A stretch of 21,401 nucleotides of DNA from Chthoniobacterales bacterium (GCA_035536995.1 DATLNB010000063.1:1-21401); one strand, 5' to 3'; counted from the stretch's first letter, positions 1-8,379 are shown. A program made the numbers and translations. The notes: generated from the sequence alone by a model not told the origin.

Positions 1-720
1 AGTCAGCATTTCGGTTTCTGAAGGCGGACTGAGGATTGATTTCGTGGCGAATGTTTCGGCGTCGGGAAAGCTGGTTCCGCGGACTCTGTGGGCTGCCGAT
101 TCCAGGTCGTAAACGGTTTGGCGCAGCTCGGGCTCGGGCCCGAGCAGTAACCAATAGGCGCCGGGCTCGCCGTACGGCATTCCCACGCTTCCGGGATTGA
201 TGATGCGCAGGTCGCCGAGCTTGCGATCGAATTGCATATGGGTATGGCCGCAGATGGCTAGGCCGGCCTCGATGCCCCTGAACAGGAGCCTGACGCGTTC
301 ATCGGAGGTTTCGCGGGTCAGGAGGTCAGTATCGTTTCGGGCCGATGCGTGACAAAAAAACACGCTTCCGACTCCGGCAATCTCGAGTCGGATGGTCCCT
401 GGCCAGCTCGCCAGAATCCGCTGGTGCTCCGGCGTGAGCTGACGGGCGTTCCACCGAATCCCTTCGCGAAACTGCTCCGGCACTTCCCCGGGCTCTTCGC
501 CGCGCATCTGGCCGAGGACAACCCTATCGCCGTTTCCGCGGATAAAATGAACCGGCCGATCGATCTGCAACAACAGGTCGAGGCATTCCCGCGGCATGGG
601 TCCGGGCAAGACGTCGCCGCCCACAACGATTTCGTGGGCCCCGGCCTGGCGAACATCCTCGAGGACGGCCTCCAGGGCAGGCAGGTTGCCATGAATATCG
701 TAAAGCGCCGCGACCCGCAT
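1..720 (-). CDS. Metallophosphoesterase (calcineurin-like, YfcE/MJ0936 type); C-terminus runs off the window
   Basis: This ORF is absent from the supplied track because it has no stop inside the window. Hand translation of the reverse complement from ATG 720-718 gives 240 codons with no stop: MRVAALYDIHGNLPALEAVLEDVRQAGAHEIVVGGDVLPGP...FIRGNGD...FFCHASARND...ICGHTHMQFD...INPGSVG. The metal-ligand motifs DxH, GD, GN(G/H)D, H and GHTH occur in canonical order. Confidence 0.8.
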   Translation of the reverse strand, partial: MRVAALYDIHGNLPALEAVLEDVRQAGAHEIVVGGDVLPGPMPRECLDLLLQIDRPVHFIRGNGDRVVLGQMRGEEPGEVPEQFREGIRWNARQLTPEHQRILASWPGTIRLEIAGVGSVFFCHASARNDTDLLTRETSDERVRLLFRGIEAGLAICGHTHMQFDRKLGDLRIINPGSVGMPYGEPGAYWLLLGPEPELRQTVYDLESAAHRVRGTSFPDAETFATKSILSPPSETEMLT

Positions 721-863
721 TTGGACGCGTCGCTTTTACGCTTAACGACGGCCGATGCGCAACCGTCGCGCTTCCCTTGAGTTTTTACGCTCGGCTAAGC
801 GAATGGTTGACGAATGGCCGGCCCTTGGGACATTGCCGGGCTACTTTCCCTATTCGCATTACC

Positions 864-2066
864 ATGACTAAACCGAACTCTTTCCTTTGCCTGCTGGCCG
901 CCCTGGCCCTGATTGCGACGCCTGTCCTTTGCACGCCTGCGAATGGCGCGGTCGGCGATATCTTCGAAACGAACGAAGGAAACGTTCTCCGCTTCGGTCC
1001 CAGCGGCGGCACTCCGACAAATTTCGCGACCGGGCTCTCGAGCCCGAAGGACATCGTATTCGATGGGCGGGGCCGCATGTATGTGGCGGACGCCGCGAAT
1101 AACCTGGTCGTTGTTTACACTGTCCCCGATGGAAGCGCCGCGGTTTACGCTGCAGACTTCAGCTCGCCCATCGGGCTTGCCTTCGATGCCAACGGCAGCC
1201 TCTACGTTTCGGAGGCGACCACCGGAAAAATTATTAAGATCACGATCGACGGGACGAGGACGACGTTTGCGGCCAACGCGGGCACGCCGGCGGGAATGGC
1301 CTTCGACGCCAGCGGAAACCTGTTCGTCGCCGACTTCGACGGAGGGGCGGTCTACAAATTCGATTCGGCCGGGACCCGCACGACCTTCGCCAGCGGACTG
1401 AGTTTTCCCGCTGATGTCGCAATCGACACTGCCGGCAACATCTTTGTTTCCGATTCGGAATCCGGATCCATTCTCAAATTCACGCCCGATGGAACGCGGA
1501 CCACTTTCGCGAGCAATCTGAGCCGGCCTTACGGCATCGCCTTTGACGCGAGCGGAAACCTGCTTGTCGCGGATAACGAAGAAGGCGCCACGCTGCGGTA
1601 CGCGCCCGACGGCAAGCAAACCGTTCTTTTCGAGAGTAACTTCAATACGCCGCAATTTCTGGCGGTTGAGCCGGCCTCGCATCAGCTTCTGAACGTCAGC
1701 ACCCGAGGCCTCGTCCAGACGGGCGACAACGTTCTCATCGCCGGCTTCGTTGTCGGTGGAACGGGGCCGGTTGGGACGAGCGTTCTGGTCCGCGCCCTTG
1801 GGCCTTCCCTGGCCCAATTTGGCTTAGCCAATGCGCTGGCCGATCCGGTTCTCGAGTTGCGCAATGCCTCGGGAGTCCTGATCGGTTCCAACGACAATTG
1901 GAAGGATTCGCAGCAGGCGGCGATCACCGCTACCGGCCTCGCTCCGACCAACGACCTTGAGTCGGCCATCCTGACGGTTCTCAACGGCGGCTCATTTACC
2001 GCGATCGTGCGCGGAGCGAACGGCTCCACGGGCACCGCGGTGGTCGAGGTCTACCACCTGCAATAA
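864..2066 (+). CDS. Secreted NHL-repeat (SMP-30-like) beta-propeller protein with a C-terminal ~130-aa beta-rich module
   Basis: Track ORF is 777..2066. The likely start is ATG 864 (MTKPNSFLCLLAALALIATPVLCTPANG, a signal peptide). There are five to six ~40-aa (~120-bp) repeats of the form P.G(I/L/M)AFDASGNL(F/Y)V(A/S)D...G.I.K(F/I)..DGTRTTFA. The C-terminal region from LLNVSTRGLVQTGDNVLIAGFVVGG to AVVEVYHLQ is a separate module. Confidence 0.8.
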   Translation: MTKPNSFLCLLAALALIATPVLCTPANGAVGDIFETNEGNVLRFGPSGGTPTNFATGLSSPKDIVFDGRGRMYVADAANNLVVVYTVPDGSAAVYAADFSSPIGLAFDANGSLYVSEATTGKIIKITIDGTRTTFAANAGTPAGMAFDASGNLFVADFDGGAVYKFDSAGTRTTFASGLSFPADVAIDTAGNIFVSDSESGSILKFTPDGTRTTFASNLSRPYGIAFDASGNLLVADNEEGATLRYAPDGKQTVLFESNFNTPQFLAVEPASHQLLNVSTRGLVQTGDNVLIAGFVVGGTGPVGTSVLVRALGPSLAQFGLANALADPVLELRNASGVLIGSNDNWKDSQQAAITATGLAPTNDLESAILTVLNGGSFTAIVRGANGSTGTAVVEVYHLQ

Positions 2067-2097
2067 GGCGGCGCCGCGGGCTGTTTGACCCGGTGGG

Positions 2098-2961
2098 TCA
2101 GATGTTGCTTCCGCTCCACTTCAGTTTTTGGCGGACAACCCCGAAAAACGAGACGCCCGGCAGCGCGGCGAGCGGCAGGACGCGCTCAGACTTTTTGATT
2201 ACTACCCGCGCGCCCCTCTCCATCTGGACCGGTCCGCGGCCGTCCACGGTCAGGAACACCGGGTATTCGTCCTCGGTAACCTCGATCTCCACGACCGCGT
2301 CTTCGTCCACGATGATGGAACGGTTGGTCAGCACGTGCGGGCAGATGGGCGTGATCACTAGCGCCCCGGAATCGGGCGCCAGGATGGGTCCGCCGGCCGA
2401 GAGCGAATAAGCGGTCGAGCCGGTGGGAGTCGCGACGATCAAACCGTCCGCGTTGAACTCCGTGAGCGCTTCGCCATTGACACTGGTTTTCAGGCGGACT
2501 AACCGCGAAACCTCCCCACGACTAAAGACAACATCGTTCAATCCGGTCATCCTTCCGCGGTCCTCTGCCCCGGCGATTTGGACGTCGAGCAAGGTGCGTT
2601 CGCTGAAAACCATCTTGCCCTCGGCGATGCATTGGACCGCTTCGGCGTACGCGCTTGAGTTTGCGCAGGTCAAAAAACCGAGGGCGCCAATATTGATCCC
2701 GAAGACCGGTTTGATGTTCTCCTCCAGCTGCCCGACCAGATGGAGAATGGTGCCGTCTCCGCCGAGGACGACGAGGAGGTCCGCCTCGCGTCCAAGGTCA
2801 GGGATGCTTCGTCCGGAGGGTAGCCCGGCCAGGGTCGCAGTCTCTTTTTCAATCAATACCTCAAGGCCAGCACGCTGAAGCTCTCCCTGGACGGTCCTGG
2901 TGAGCTCTGCTACCCCCCGTTTCCCCGTGTGCGCGACTAGGCCGATCTTTTTCGGGCGCAT
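2098..2961 (-). CDS. nadK: NAD+ kinase
   Basis: 287 aa carrying the NAD kinase signatures GGDGTILH, NIGALGFL and ATPTGSTAYSLSAGGPI. It lies immediately downstream of tlyA, a widely conserved pairing. Confidence 0.9.
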   Translation of the reverse strand: MRPKKIGLVAHTGKRGVAELTRTVQGELQRAGLEVLIEKETATLAGLPSGRSIPDLGREADLLVVLGGDGTILHLVGQLEENIKPVFGINIGALGFLTCANSSAYAEAVQCIAEGKMVFSERTLLDVQIAGAEDRGRMTGLNDVVFSRGEVSRLVRLKTSVNGEALTEFNADGLIVATPTGSTAYSLSAGGPILAPDSGALVITPICPHVLTNRSIIVDEDAVVEIEVTEDEYPVFLTVDGRGPVQMERGARVVIKKSERVLPLAALPGVSFFGVVRQKLKWSGSNI

Positions 2962-3686
2962 ATAAAGAATTCCTGGTTGCCGTCGGTCCCGGTGATTTCG
3001 GAAGGAACAATCCCAACAACCTCGTGGCCCGCGGCGACGAGAAAATCGCGGATCTTGGCCTGCGCTTTTTCGTGGAGGACGGGCTCCCGCACGATTCCGC
3101 CGCGGCTGACGTCGGAAGCCTGAAGCTCGAACTGCGGCTTGATCAAGGCGAGGATCATCCCGTTGGGAGTTACAAGCTGGAACACGTTCGGCAAGATCAA
3201 AGTCAGAGAAATGAACGAGACATCGATCACAGCCAGGTCGATGGGCTCTGGAATGTCGGCCGCCGTAAGAAAGCGCGCGTTTAGCTTCTCACGGACGACG
3301 ACCCGTGGGTCGTTCCGGATTTTCCACGCCAGTTGACCGTGGCCGACATCGATCGCGTAAACCTTTTTCGCACCACGCTGCAGCAGGCAATCGGTAAATC
3401 CGCCCGTTGAGGCGCCGACGTCGAGTGCCGTAAGGCCCGCGGCCTCTATACCAAAATGCCGGAGAGCGCCTTCCAACTTGATGCCTCCGCGACCGACATA
3501 GGCCGCTGGGCCTTGGACCGTGATTTCCGCATCAGCCGAAATCTTAGCCGAGGCTTTGTCAGAAACGGTGTCGCCGACCCTTACCTCGCCGGCCATGATC
3601 GCGCGCTGAGCGGCTTCGCGCGTCGGGAAAAGCCCGCGCTCGACCAAGAGAAGGTCCAATCGGGGACGCCGACGTTTGGCTGTCAT
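2937..3686 (-). CDS. tlyA: TlyA-family 16S/23S rRNA (cytidine-2'-O)-methyltransferase
   Basis: 249 aa. It has an N-terminal S4-like segment (RLDLLLVERGLFPTREAAQRAIMAGEVRV) and an FtsJ-type SAM site (LDVGASTGGFTDCLLQRGAKKVYAIDVGHGQLAWKIRNDPRV). Its 3' end overlaps the nadK start by 25 nt. Confidence 0.9.
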   Translation of the reverse strand: MTAKRRRPRLDLLLVERGLFPTREAAQRAIMAGEVRVGDTVSDKASAKISADAEITVQGPAAYVGRGGIKLEGALRHFGIEAAGLTALDVGASTGGFTDCLLQRGAKKVYAIDVGHGQLAWKIRNDPRVVVREKLNARFLTAADIPEPIDLAVIDVSFISLTLILPNVFQLVTPNGMILALIKPQFELQASDVSRGGIVREPVLHEKAQAKIRDFLVAAGHEVVGIVPSEITGTDGNQEFFICARKRSA

Positions 3687-3695
3687 AATTACGTT

Positions 3696-3728
3696 AAATA
3701 GGTCATATATGTCCTATACGACCTATTT
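3696..3728. promoter_or_regulatory. Perfect 9-bp inverted repeat (AAATAGGTC-15 nt-GACCTATTT) in an AT-rich intergenic island. It could be a terminator of the small upstream ORF and/or an operator/promoter region of tlyA-nadK.
   Basis: Read directly: aaataggtc at 3696-3704 and gacctattt at 3720-3728. It sits between the stop of the 3742..4002 ORF and the tlyA start at 3686. The region is conspicuously AT-rich compared with its surroundings. Confidence 0.3.
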
Positions 3729-3741
3729 GAAGCGGGTTGCG

Positions 3742-4002
3742 TTAACCAAGGCGCTCATATTCCCGCGCCATCTTCTCCACTGCCTGGAAATCTTCCGCCG
3801 ATGCCCGCCGTCGCTGGTACTTCCGAAAAATGATGTCCTTCAGCGTCAGCAAATCTGCCAGCACCGGCCGCTCGTAGTAGGTCCAACCCGGTTCATCTGC
3901 GTATTTCGCCTGGAATCGCCATTCCCCGCCGAACTTTGTCACCCGAACCTCTCGTTTCCGGCCGTCCCCGTCCTTCTCAGTCCATATATGTTGACTGCGC
4001 AT
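3742..4002 (-). CDS. Small hypothetical protein (86 aa)
   Basis: Clean ORF in an otherwise unassigned gap. Its composition is protein-like (MRSQHIWTEKDGDGRKREVRVTKFGGEWRFQAKYADEPGWTYYERPVLADLLTLKDIIFRKYQRRR...). I recognise no motif. Confidence 0.5.
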   Translation of the reverse strand: MRSQHIWTEKDGDGRKREVRVTKFGGEWRFQAKYADEPGWTYYERPVLADLLTLKDIIFRKYQRRRASAEDFQAVEKMAREYERLG

Positions 4003-4027
4003 CCGGCGCGAATCTTACATTAGCCCC

Positions 4028-4909
4028 TTGAAAGACGCAGCCAGATTGGTCGGGTATTTCGCGGTCACCGTTCTCTTCGGGGCGTTGGCAGCCCCTCCCC
4101 TCTATTGGGCCGCGCAGGCTCTCGCAAAAAGAGGCATATTCCCCGGCCTCGCGGGCTACGATTTCGAATCGTTCTTTCACCGGGCACTTCTTCTCGGGGC
4201 GCTCCTCGCGCTCTGGCCCTTCCTCCGATGGCTTCGAATCCGAGGCCGGACCGATCTGGGCCTGGAACCCAACCCCAGGTGGGGACGCGACCTGTTGCTC
4301 GGTTTTCTCATCTCCGGGCTCCCGGTCCTGGCCTGTGAAGCTTTCCTGGTTGGGTCGCCGGCCTATTCAATGCGACCGTCGCCAGATTGGGGCGCGGCGG
4401 CGCTTGTCATCCCCACTGCGATCGCGGTCCCCTTTCTCGAGGAATCGCTCTTCCGCGGCCTTTTTCTCGGAATTCTGCTCCGCGGGTTGCGACCCTGGAC
4501 AGCGAACCTTCTGAGCGCTGCGATTTTTTCCATCATTCATTTTCTCAAGGCGCCCGACCTGACGAACCCGGTGGTCGGATGGAATTCGGGGTTCGTCTCG
4601 CTGGCCCATTCCTTCGATCAGTTTGGTGAGCCGATGCTCGTCCTGGCTGGGTTCACCACCCTGTTCGTGATCGGGTTGGTCCTGGCGGACGCGCGAATTC
4701 GCACCCGATCGCTTTGGGCGCCGATAGGGCTGCACGCGGGCTGGATTCTTTCCAGCATGACGTTCGGCAAAATAGCCCGGCGCGAGCTGGTCGCGCTGCC
4801 CTGGATCGGGAAGAGCCTGCTGGTGGGGCTCGTGCCGTTGTCGGTTTGCCTTGTCAGCTGGCTCTTGCTCAGGCTTTGGTTAAGAAGTGCCGCCCCCCCG
4901 CGTTCTTAA
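4028..4909 (+). CDS. CPBP-family intramembrane glutamic endopeptidase (CAAX protease/Abi family)
   Basis: 293 aa and multi-pass hydrophobic. It carries CPBP motif 1 EESLFRG (EExxxR), motif 2 FSIIHF (FxxxH) and a later HAGWI. The start is a TTG at 4028, so the start call is uncertain. Confidence 0.8.
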   Translation: MKDAARLVGYFAVTVLFGALAAPPLYWAAQALAKRGIFPGLAGYDFESFFHRALLLGALLALWPFLRWLRIRGRTDLGLEPNPRWGRDLLLGFLISGLPVLACEAFLVGSPAYSMRPSPDWGAAALVIPTAIAVPFLEESLFRGLFLGILLRGLRPWTANLLSAAIFSIIHFLKAPDLTNPVVGWNSGFVSLAHSFDQFGEPMLVLAGFTTLFVIGLVLADARIRTRSLWAPIGLHAGWILSSMTFGKIARRELVALPWIGKSLLVGLVPLSVCLVSWLLLRLWLRSAAPPRS

Positions 4910-5615
4910 ACCGGTTCACGCCCTCCTTTCTCTCTTTTATCCGGCGACGTGCGTGGTCTGCTCCGAAAACATCGACCGCTCCCAATATCTCTGCGAAAGG
5001 TGTCGGGGGCGCGCGCCGCGAATTGTCGCGCCATTCTGCGCCCGTTGTTCCGAGCCGTTCCCGGGCGCGATCACCCAGACTTTCAGTTGCGCCAATTGCG
5101 AGCACCGCGCGCTTCACTTCGATAGCGCGGTTGCGGCCTACCGAAGTCGCGGTGTCGTGCGGCGGCTCGTGCACCAGTTCAAATACGCCCGTCAACGTCA
5201 TCTCCGTTATCCGATTGCCGAATGGCTGGCTGAAACAATGATCGACTCCCGGCTAAAGGGTCGCCGCTTCGATATCGTGGTCCCGGTCCCGCTCCATCCC
5301 GCGCGCGAACGCGAGCGGGGTTTCAATCAGGCCGCGCTTCTCGCGGAGCTCTTCGCCGAGCGGGCCGGCCTGCCGCTTCAGCCCGTCCTCGAGCGCACCC
5401 GCTACACCACCACCCAGACCGCGCATGATCGCGCCGAGCGCATCGAAAATTTGCGTGACGCGTTTCGTTTACGAAAAAACCGGGACGTGCGAGACTTGCA
5501 CGTGTTGCTGATTGACGATGTATTAACCACCGGCTCGACCTTGAGCGAATGCGCCCGGGTCCTGCGGGCGGCCGGGGCAGTCTCGGTCCACGCAGCCACG
5601 GCCGCCCGCGCCTGA
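4887..5615 (+). CDS. comF: ComF-family protein (phosphoribosyltransferase-fold, ComFC-like)
   Basis: The N-terminus has paired Cys motifs (CVVCSE..CERC and CARCSEPF..CANC). The C-terminus has the PRTase motif VLLIDDVLTTGSTL. The GTG start overlaps the CPBP gene by 23 nt, so the start is uncertain. Confidence 0.8.
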   Translation: MPPPRVLKPVHALLSLFYPATCVVCSENIDRSQYLCERCRGRAPRIVAPFCARCSEPFPGAITQTFSCANCEHRALHFDSAVAAYRSRGVVRRLVHQFKYARQRHLRYPIAEWLAETMIDSRLKGRRFDIVVPVPLHPARERERGFNQAALLAELFAERAGLPLQPVLERTRYTTTQTAHDRAERIENLRDAFRLRKNRDVRDLHVLLIDDVLTTGSTLSECARVLRAAGAVSVHAATAARA

Positions 5616-5620
5616 TCAAC

Positions 5621-6463
5621 ATGGCCATCTTCAAACGACCAGCCCTTAAGGCGTCCCGGAGGAAGCGGGAGATTCCGCAGGGTCTTTGGCAGAAGTGCCC
5701 CAGCTGCGAGGAGGTTGTGCATGAGATCCAGCTCTCGCAAAACCAGCGGATCTGTCCGCAGTGCGAACATCACTTTCCTCAGTCGGCCAAAGAGCGGCTC
5801 GAGCACCTCCTGGATCCGGACACGTTCGTCGAGCGAGACGCCGGCCTCCGGTCACAGGATACCCTTCAGTTTCAAGGGATGGCGACCTACAAGGATCGCT
5901 TGAAGAAATATCAGGACGCGACCGGGCTGACCGATGCGGTCCTGAGCGGCCACGGAATGCTCGAAGGCTACAAAGTCGCAATTGCAGTGATGGACTTCAC
6001 CTTTCTCGCGGCGACCATGGGCTCGGTCGTCGGTGAACGCATCACCCGCACGATCGAGTACGGGACTGAAAACCGGTGCGCCGTGGTTATCGTTTCAGCC
6101 TCGGGCGGAGCGAGGATGTACGAAGGGATGCTGAGCCTGATGCAAATGGCAAAAACGAGCGGAGCCCTTGCCCGGCACGCTTGCGCGAAACTACCTTACA
6201 TTTCGGTCCTGACCAATCCGACGACCGCCGGCGTGATGGCGAGCTTCGCTTCGTTAGGCGACGTCATTCTGGCGGAACCGAAAAGCATGATCGGATTCGC
6301 TGGCCCCCGCGTCATCAAGGAAACGACTCACCAGGATTTGCCGGAGCGTTTTCAGACCGCGGAATTTCTCGAGGAGCACGGGCTGATCGACCTGATCGTC
6401 CATCGCAAAAGATTGCGGGCTCAGATCGCGGAGTTCCTCGCCTATTTTTCACCGGAGCAGTGA
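5621..6463 (+). CDS. accD: Acetyl-CoA carboxylase carboxyltransferase beta subunit
   Basis: It has the zinc ribbon CPSCEEVVHEIQLSQNQRICPQCEHHF followed by a carboxyltransferase core. The track ORF starts at 5549. I place the start at ATG 5621 (MAIFKRPALK), just after the comF stop at 5615. Confidence 0.9.
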   Translation: MAIFKRPALKASRRKREIPQGLWQKCPSCEEVVHEIQLSQNQRICPQCEHHFPQSAKERLEHLLDPDTFVERDAGLRSQDTLQFQGMATYKDRLKKYQDATGLTDAVLSGHGMLEGYKVAIAVMDFTFLAATMGSVVGERITRTIEYGTENRCAVVIVSASGGARMYEGMLSLMQMAKTSGALARHACAKLPYISVLTNPTTAGVMASFASLGDVILAEPKSMIGFAGPRVIKETTHQDLPERFQTAEFLEEHGLIDLIVHRKRLRAQIAEFLAYFSPEQ

Positions 6464-7680
6464 CCTACCAGGAAGCGCTGGCCTGGCTCTACGGAACCCA
6501 GCGTTTCGGGATAAAGCTGGGACTCGAGAATACGCAGCGCCTTCTCCGGGAGCTGGACGTGCCCGGCGCAAACCAATGCATCATTCACGTCGCGGGCACA
6601 AACGGCAAAGGATCGGTCTGCGCAATGATCGATTCGATCTGCCGCGCGGATGGTTATCGCACCGGCCTCTTCACCTCCCCTCACCTCGTGAGTTACCGGG
6701 AACGAATTCGCGTCGATGGTGCGAAGATTGAGGAACACGAAACGGCCCGCGGCCTGACGACAATCCGAAATGCAGTCGCCAGCTGGGACCCGCATCCGAC
6801 ATTTTTCGAGATCACCACCGCTCTCGCGCTCGACCATTTTAGAAAGTGGGACTGTGAATTGATCGTCCTTGAGACCGGACTCGGCGGACGTCTCGATGCG
6901 ACGAACGCGGTGACGCCGGAGGTCTCCGTGATAACGCCGATTGGCTACGACCACCAAAAGTGGCTGGGGAACACTCTCGAGGAAATTGCCGGGGAAAAGG
7001 CGGGAATCATCAAGCCCAGGGTGCCGGTCGTTTCAGCAGCGCAATTGCCGGAGGCTGAGAACGGCATTCGCAAACGCGCCGAGGAGTGCGGAGCGCCGCT
7101 GACTTTTTCCACGGAGTCTTATACCGCGGGCGAGATCGCACTGCCCGGCGCTCATCAGAAACAAAACGCGGCGCTCGCGATTGCGGCGCTGTCTGCCGGC
7201 GAGATCGAGGTTTCTCCGGACGCGATCGCTCGGGGGCTGGTGAACGTCCAATGGCCGGCACGTTTCCAACGCTGGGACGAACGCACCGTCATCGATGGGG
7301 CGCACAACGCGGCCGGCGCCGAAGTCCTCGCCAAAACGTGGCGCGAACAGTTCGGCGATCAACGAGCCACCGTGATTCTCGCTGTCCTCCGGGATAAAGA
7401 CATTGCATCCATCGTGACAGCGCTCGCTTCGATCGCTGCGCGCTTTATCCTCCCCGCCATTCGCTCCGAACGCGCAGTGCCTCCTGCCGAACTCGTGAGC
7501 CATCTCATGGCCATTACTCCATCACTCCCCTACTCGGTCTCCCCAGCCGTGTCCGACGCGCTATCAGCCGCGCGCGCCGGCTCCGATCCAATCCTGATCA
7601 CCGGTTCGCTGCATTTCGCGGGAGAAGCCCTGGCCACGTTGCGCGGCAACCCGGATGCCCTCGAAGATTGCGCGCAGTAG
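6460..7680 (+). CDS. folC: Bifunctional folylpolyglutamate synthase / dihydrofolate synthase
   Basis: The Mur-ligase P-loop HVAGTNGKGSV follows YQEALAWLYGTQRFGIKLGLENTQRLLREL. The GTG at 6460 overlaps the accD stop (caGTGAcc). Track ORF 6076..7680 has an Arg-rich, non-protein-like N-terminal extension lying inside accD. The accD-folC adjacency matches E. coli. Confidence 0.9.
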   Translation: MTYQEALAWLYGTQRFGIKLGLENTQRLLRELDVPGANQCIIHVAGTNGKGSVCAMIDSICRADGYRTGLFTSPHLVSYRERIRVDGAKIEEHETARGLTTIRNAVASWDPHPTFFEITTALALDHFRKWDCELIVLETGLGGRLDATNAVTPEVSVITPIGYDHQKWLGNTLEEIAGEKAGIIKPRVPVVSAAQLPEAENGIRKRAEECGAPLTFSTESYTAGEIALPGAHQKQNAALAIAALSAGEIEVSPDAIARGLVNVQWPARFQRWDERTVIDGAHNAAGAEVLAKTWREQFGDQRATVILAVLRDKDIASIVTALASIAARFILPAIRSERAVPPAELVSHLMAITPSLPYSVSPAVSDALSAARAGSDPILITGSLHFAGEALATLRGNPDALEDCAQ

Positions 7681-7841
7681 GGCATAACAAGGAGGTTTCC
7701 AAATCGCCCTCTTCGCAATGTAAAAACCGCCGCTTGCCGCCCGAGAAACTCAGCGCATCGAAAGAAGCGCAGAAATAGTCAGAGATCCTTCTCCTGCTGC
7801 GCGGGATCAGGATGACAGTTGTTTAGGAAGGCGCGGGACCC

Positions 7842-8225
7842 TTACAACCCCTCAACGACGATAACGGCCATCGCGTGATTTTCGGTATGGCTGAGCGTGA
7901 TCAATACCTTCGAAACTTTGCGTTCATCGGCCAGCTTCTTCGCTCCGCCTTCCAGCACCACGTACGGCTCGCCACTTTCCTTGCGCCGCACATCGATGTC
8001 CTTCCAACCCATCGCTTTTCCGATCCCGGTCCCAAACGCTTTGGACACCGCCTCTTTCGCCGCGAACCGCGCCGCCAGATGCCGGGCCGGATATTTCATC
8101 GACTGCGAATACTCGATTTCACCCGGCGTAAACACCCGATGGAGAAACCGCTCACCAAAGCGCTCGAGCGAATGCTGAATCCGCGCGTTTTCCACCAGGT
8201 CTACACCGATTCCGAGCACGCTCAC
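7842..8225 (-). CDS. acpS: Holo-[acyl-carrier-protein] synthase (4'-phosphopantetheinyl transferase)
   Basis: The core LGIGVDLVENARIQHSLERFGERFLHRVFTPGEIEY...AARFAAKEAVSKAFGTG is typical AcpS. The track ORF extends to 8318 through a repeat cluster. The likely start is GTG at 8225 (preceded by GGAG) or GTG at 8219. It lies downstream of pdxJ, as in E. coli. Confidence 0.85.
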   Translation of the reverse strand: MSVLGIGVDLVENARIQHSLERFGERFLHRVFTPGEIEYSQSMKYPARHLAARFAAKEAVSKAFGTGIGKAMGWKDIDVRRKESGEPYVVLEGGAKKLADERKVSKVLITLSHTENHAMAVIVVEGL

Positions 8226-8379
8226 AAGGAAGCTCCAAATCCCAGGCTCGAAGCTCCAAAGAAGCTCCAAATCCGAAGCTCCGATCCGGGGGCGGCCGGA
8301 CCAAATCCCAAGCTCCAAACTTCCCGATCACGTTTGATATTTGAATCTTGGTGCTTGGAGCTTGGTGCTTTTGAATCAC
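8226..8379. repeat. Cluster of short AGCTCCAAA(T) motifs, with an inverted copy and local direct repeats, in the pdxJ-acpS intergenic region
   Basis: agctccaaa occurs at about 8231, 8252, 8263 and 8311. Its complement ttggagcttgg occurs at about 8354-8364. cttggtgctt occurs twice (8347-8356 and 8360-8369), flanked by ttgaatc on both sides. On the sense (minus) RNA, CCAAGCUCCAA can pair with UUGGAGCUUGG as an 11-bp stem. Confidence 0.6.

Noticed and set aside
1-720. The metallophosphoesterase considered as a member of the arsenic island.
   Set aside because: It is about 12 kb away, separated by housekeeping operons and the RAYT unit. Nothing in its position supports a link.
795-1817. A 340-aa minus-strand ORF antisense to the NHL-repeat gene. 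Similar long antisense or alternative-frame ORFs occur at 7875..8528, 8563..9195, 12653..13201, 12762..13277, 14105..14698, 16375..16836 and 18400..19041.
   Set aside because: They are Arg/Pro/Gly/Ser-rich, low-complexity translations with no motifs. Each lies entirely opposite a gene with strong family signatures. This is the usual stop-codon-poor antisense artefact of high-GC DNA.
2067-2097. GC-rich palindromic stretch (cggcgccg ... cgggctgtttgacccg) between the convergent NHL and nadK genes, considered as a terminator.
   Set aside because: The stems are only 4-8 bp, with no adjacent T/A tracts. It is plausible but unsupported from sequence alone.
3742-4002. The small 86-aa ORF considered as a toxin-antitoxin or regulatory peptide gene.
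   Set aside because: There is no partner ORF, no recognisable TA or HTH motif, and its size and composition are unremarkable. I kept it as a plain hypothetical.
6076-6459. N-terminal 128-aa extension of the folC ORF. Analogous 5' extensions occur at 777..863 (NHL), 5549..5620 (accD), 8226..8318 (acpS), 15845..15994 (GT) and 18017..18115 (DUF547).
   Set aside because: The extensions overlap the upstream genes or repeat DNA and have Arg-rich, non-protein-like composition. Each is followed by an internal start that gives a canonical N-terminus or signal peptide.
7784-7815. Imperfect hairpin (gatccttctcctgctgcgcgggatcaggatgac) in the convergent folC/acpS spacer, considered as a bidirectional terminator or dispersed repeat fragment.
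   Set aside because: Only about 5 bp of the stem pair cleanly and there is no U-tract on either strand. That is too weak to call without folding energies or other genomic copies.
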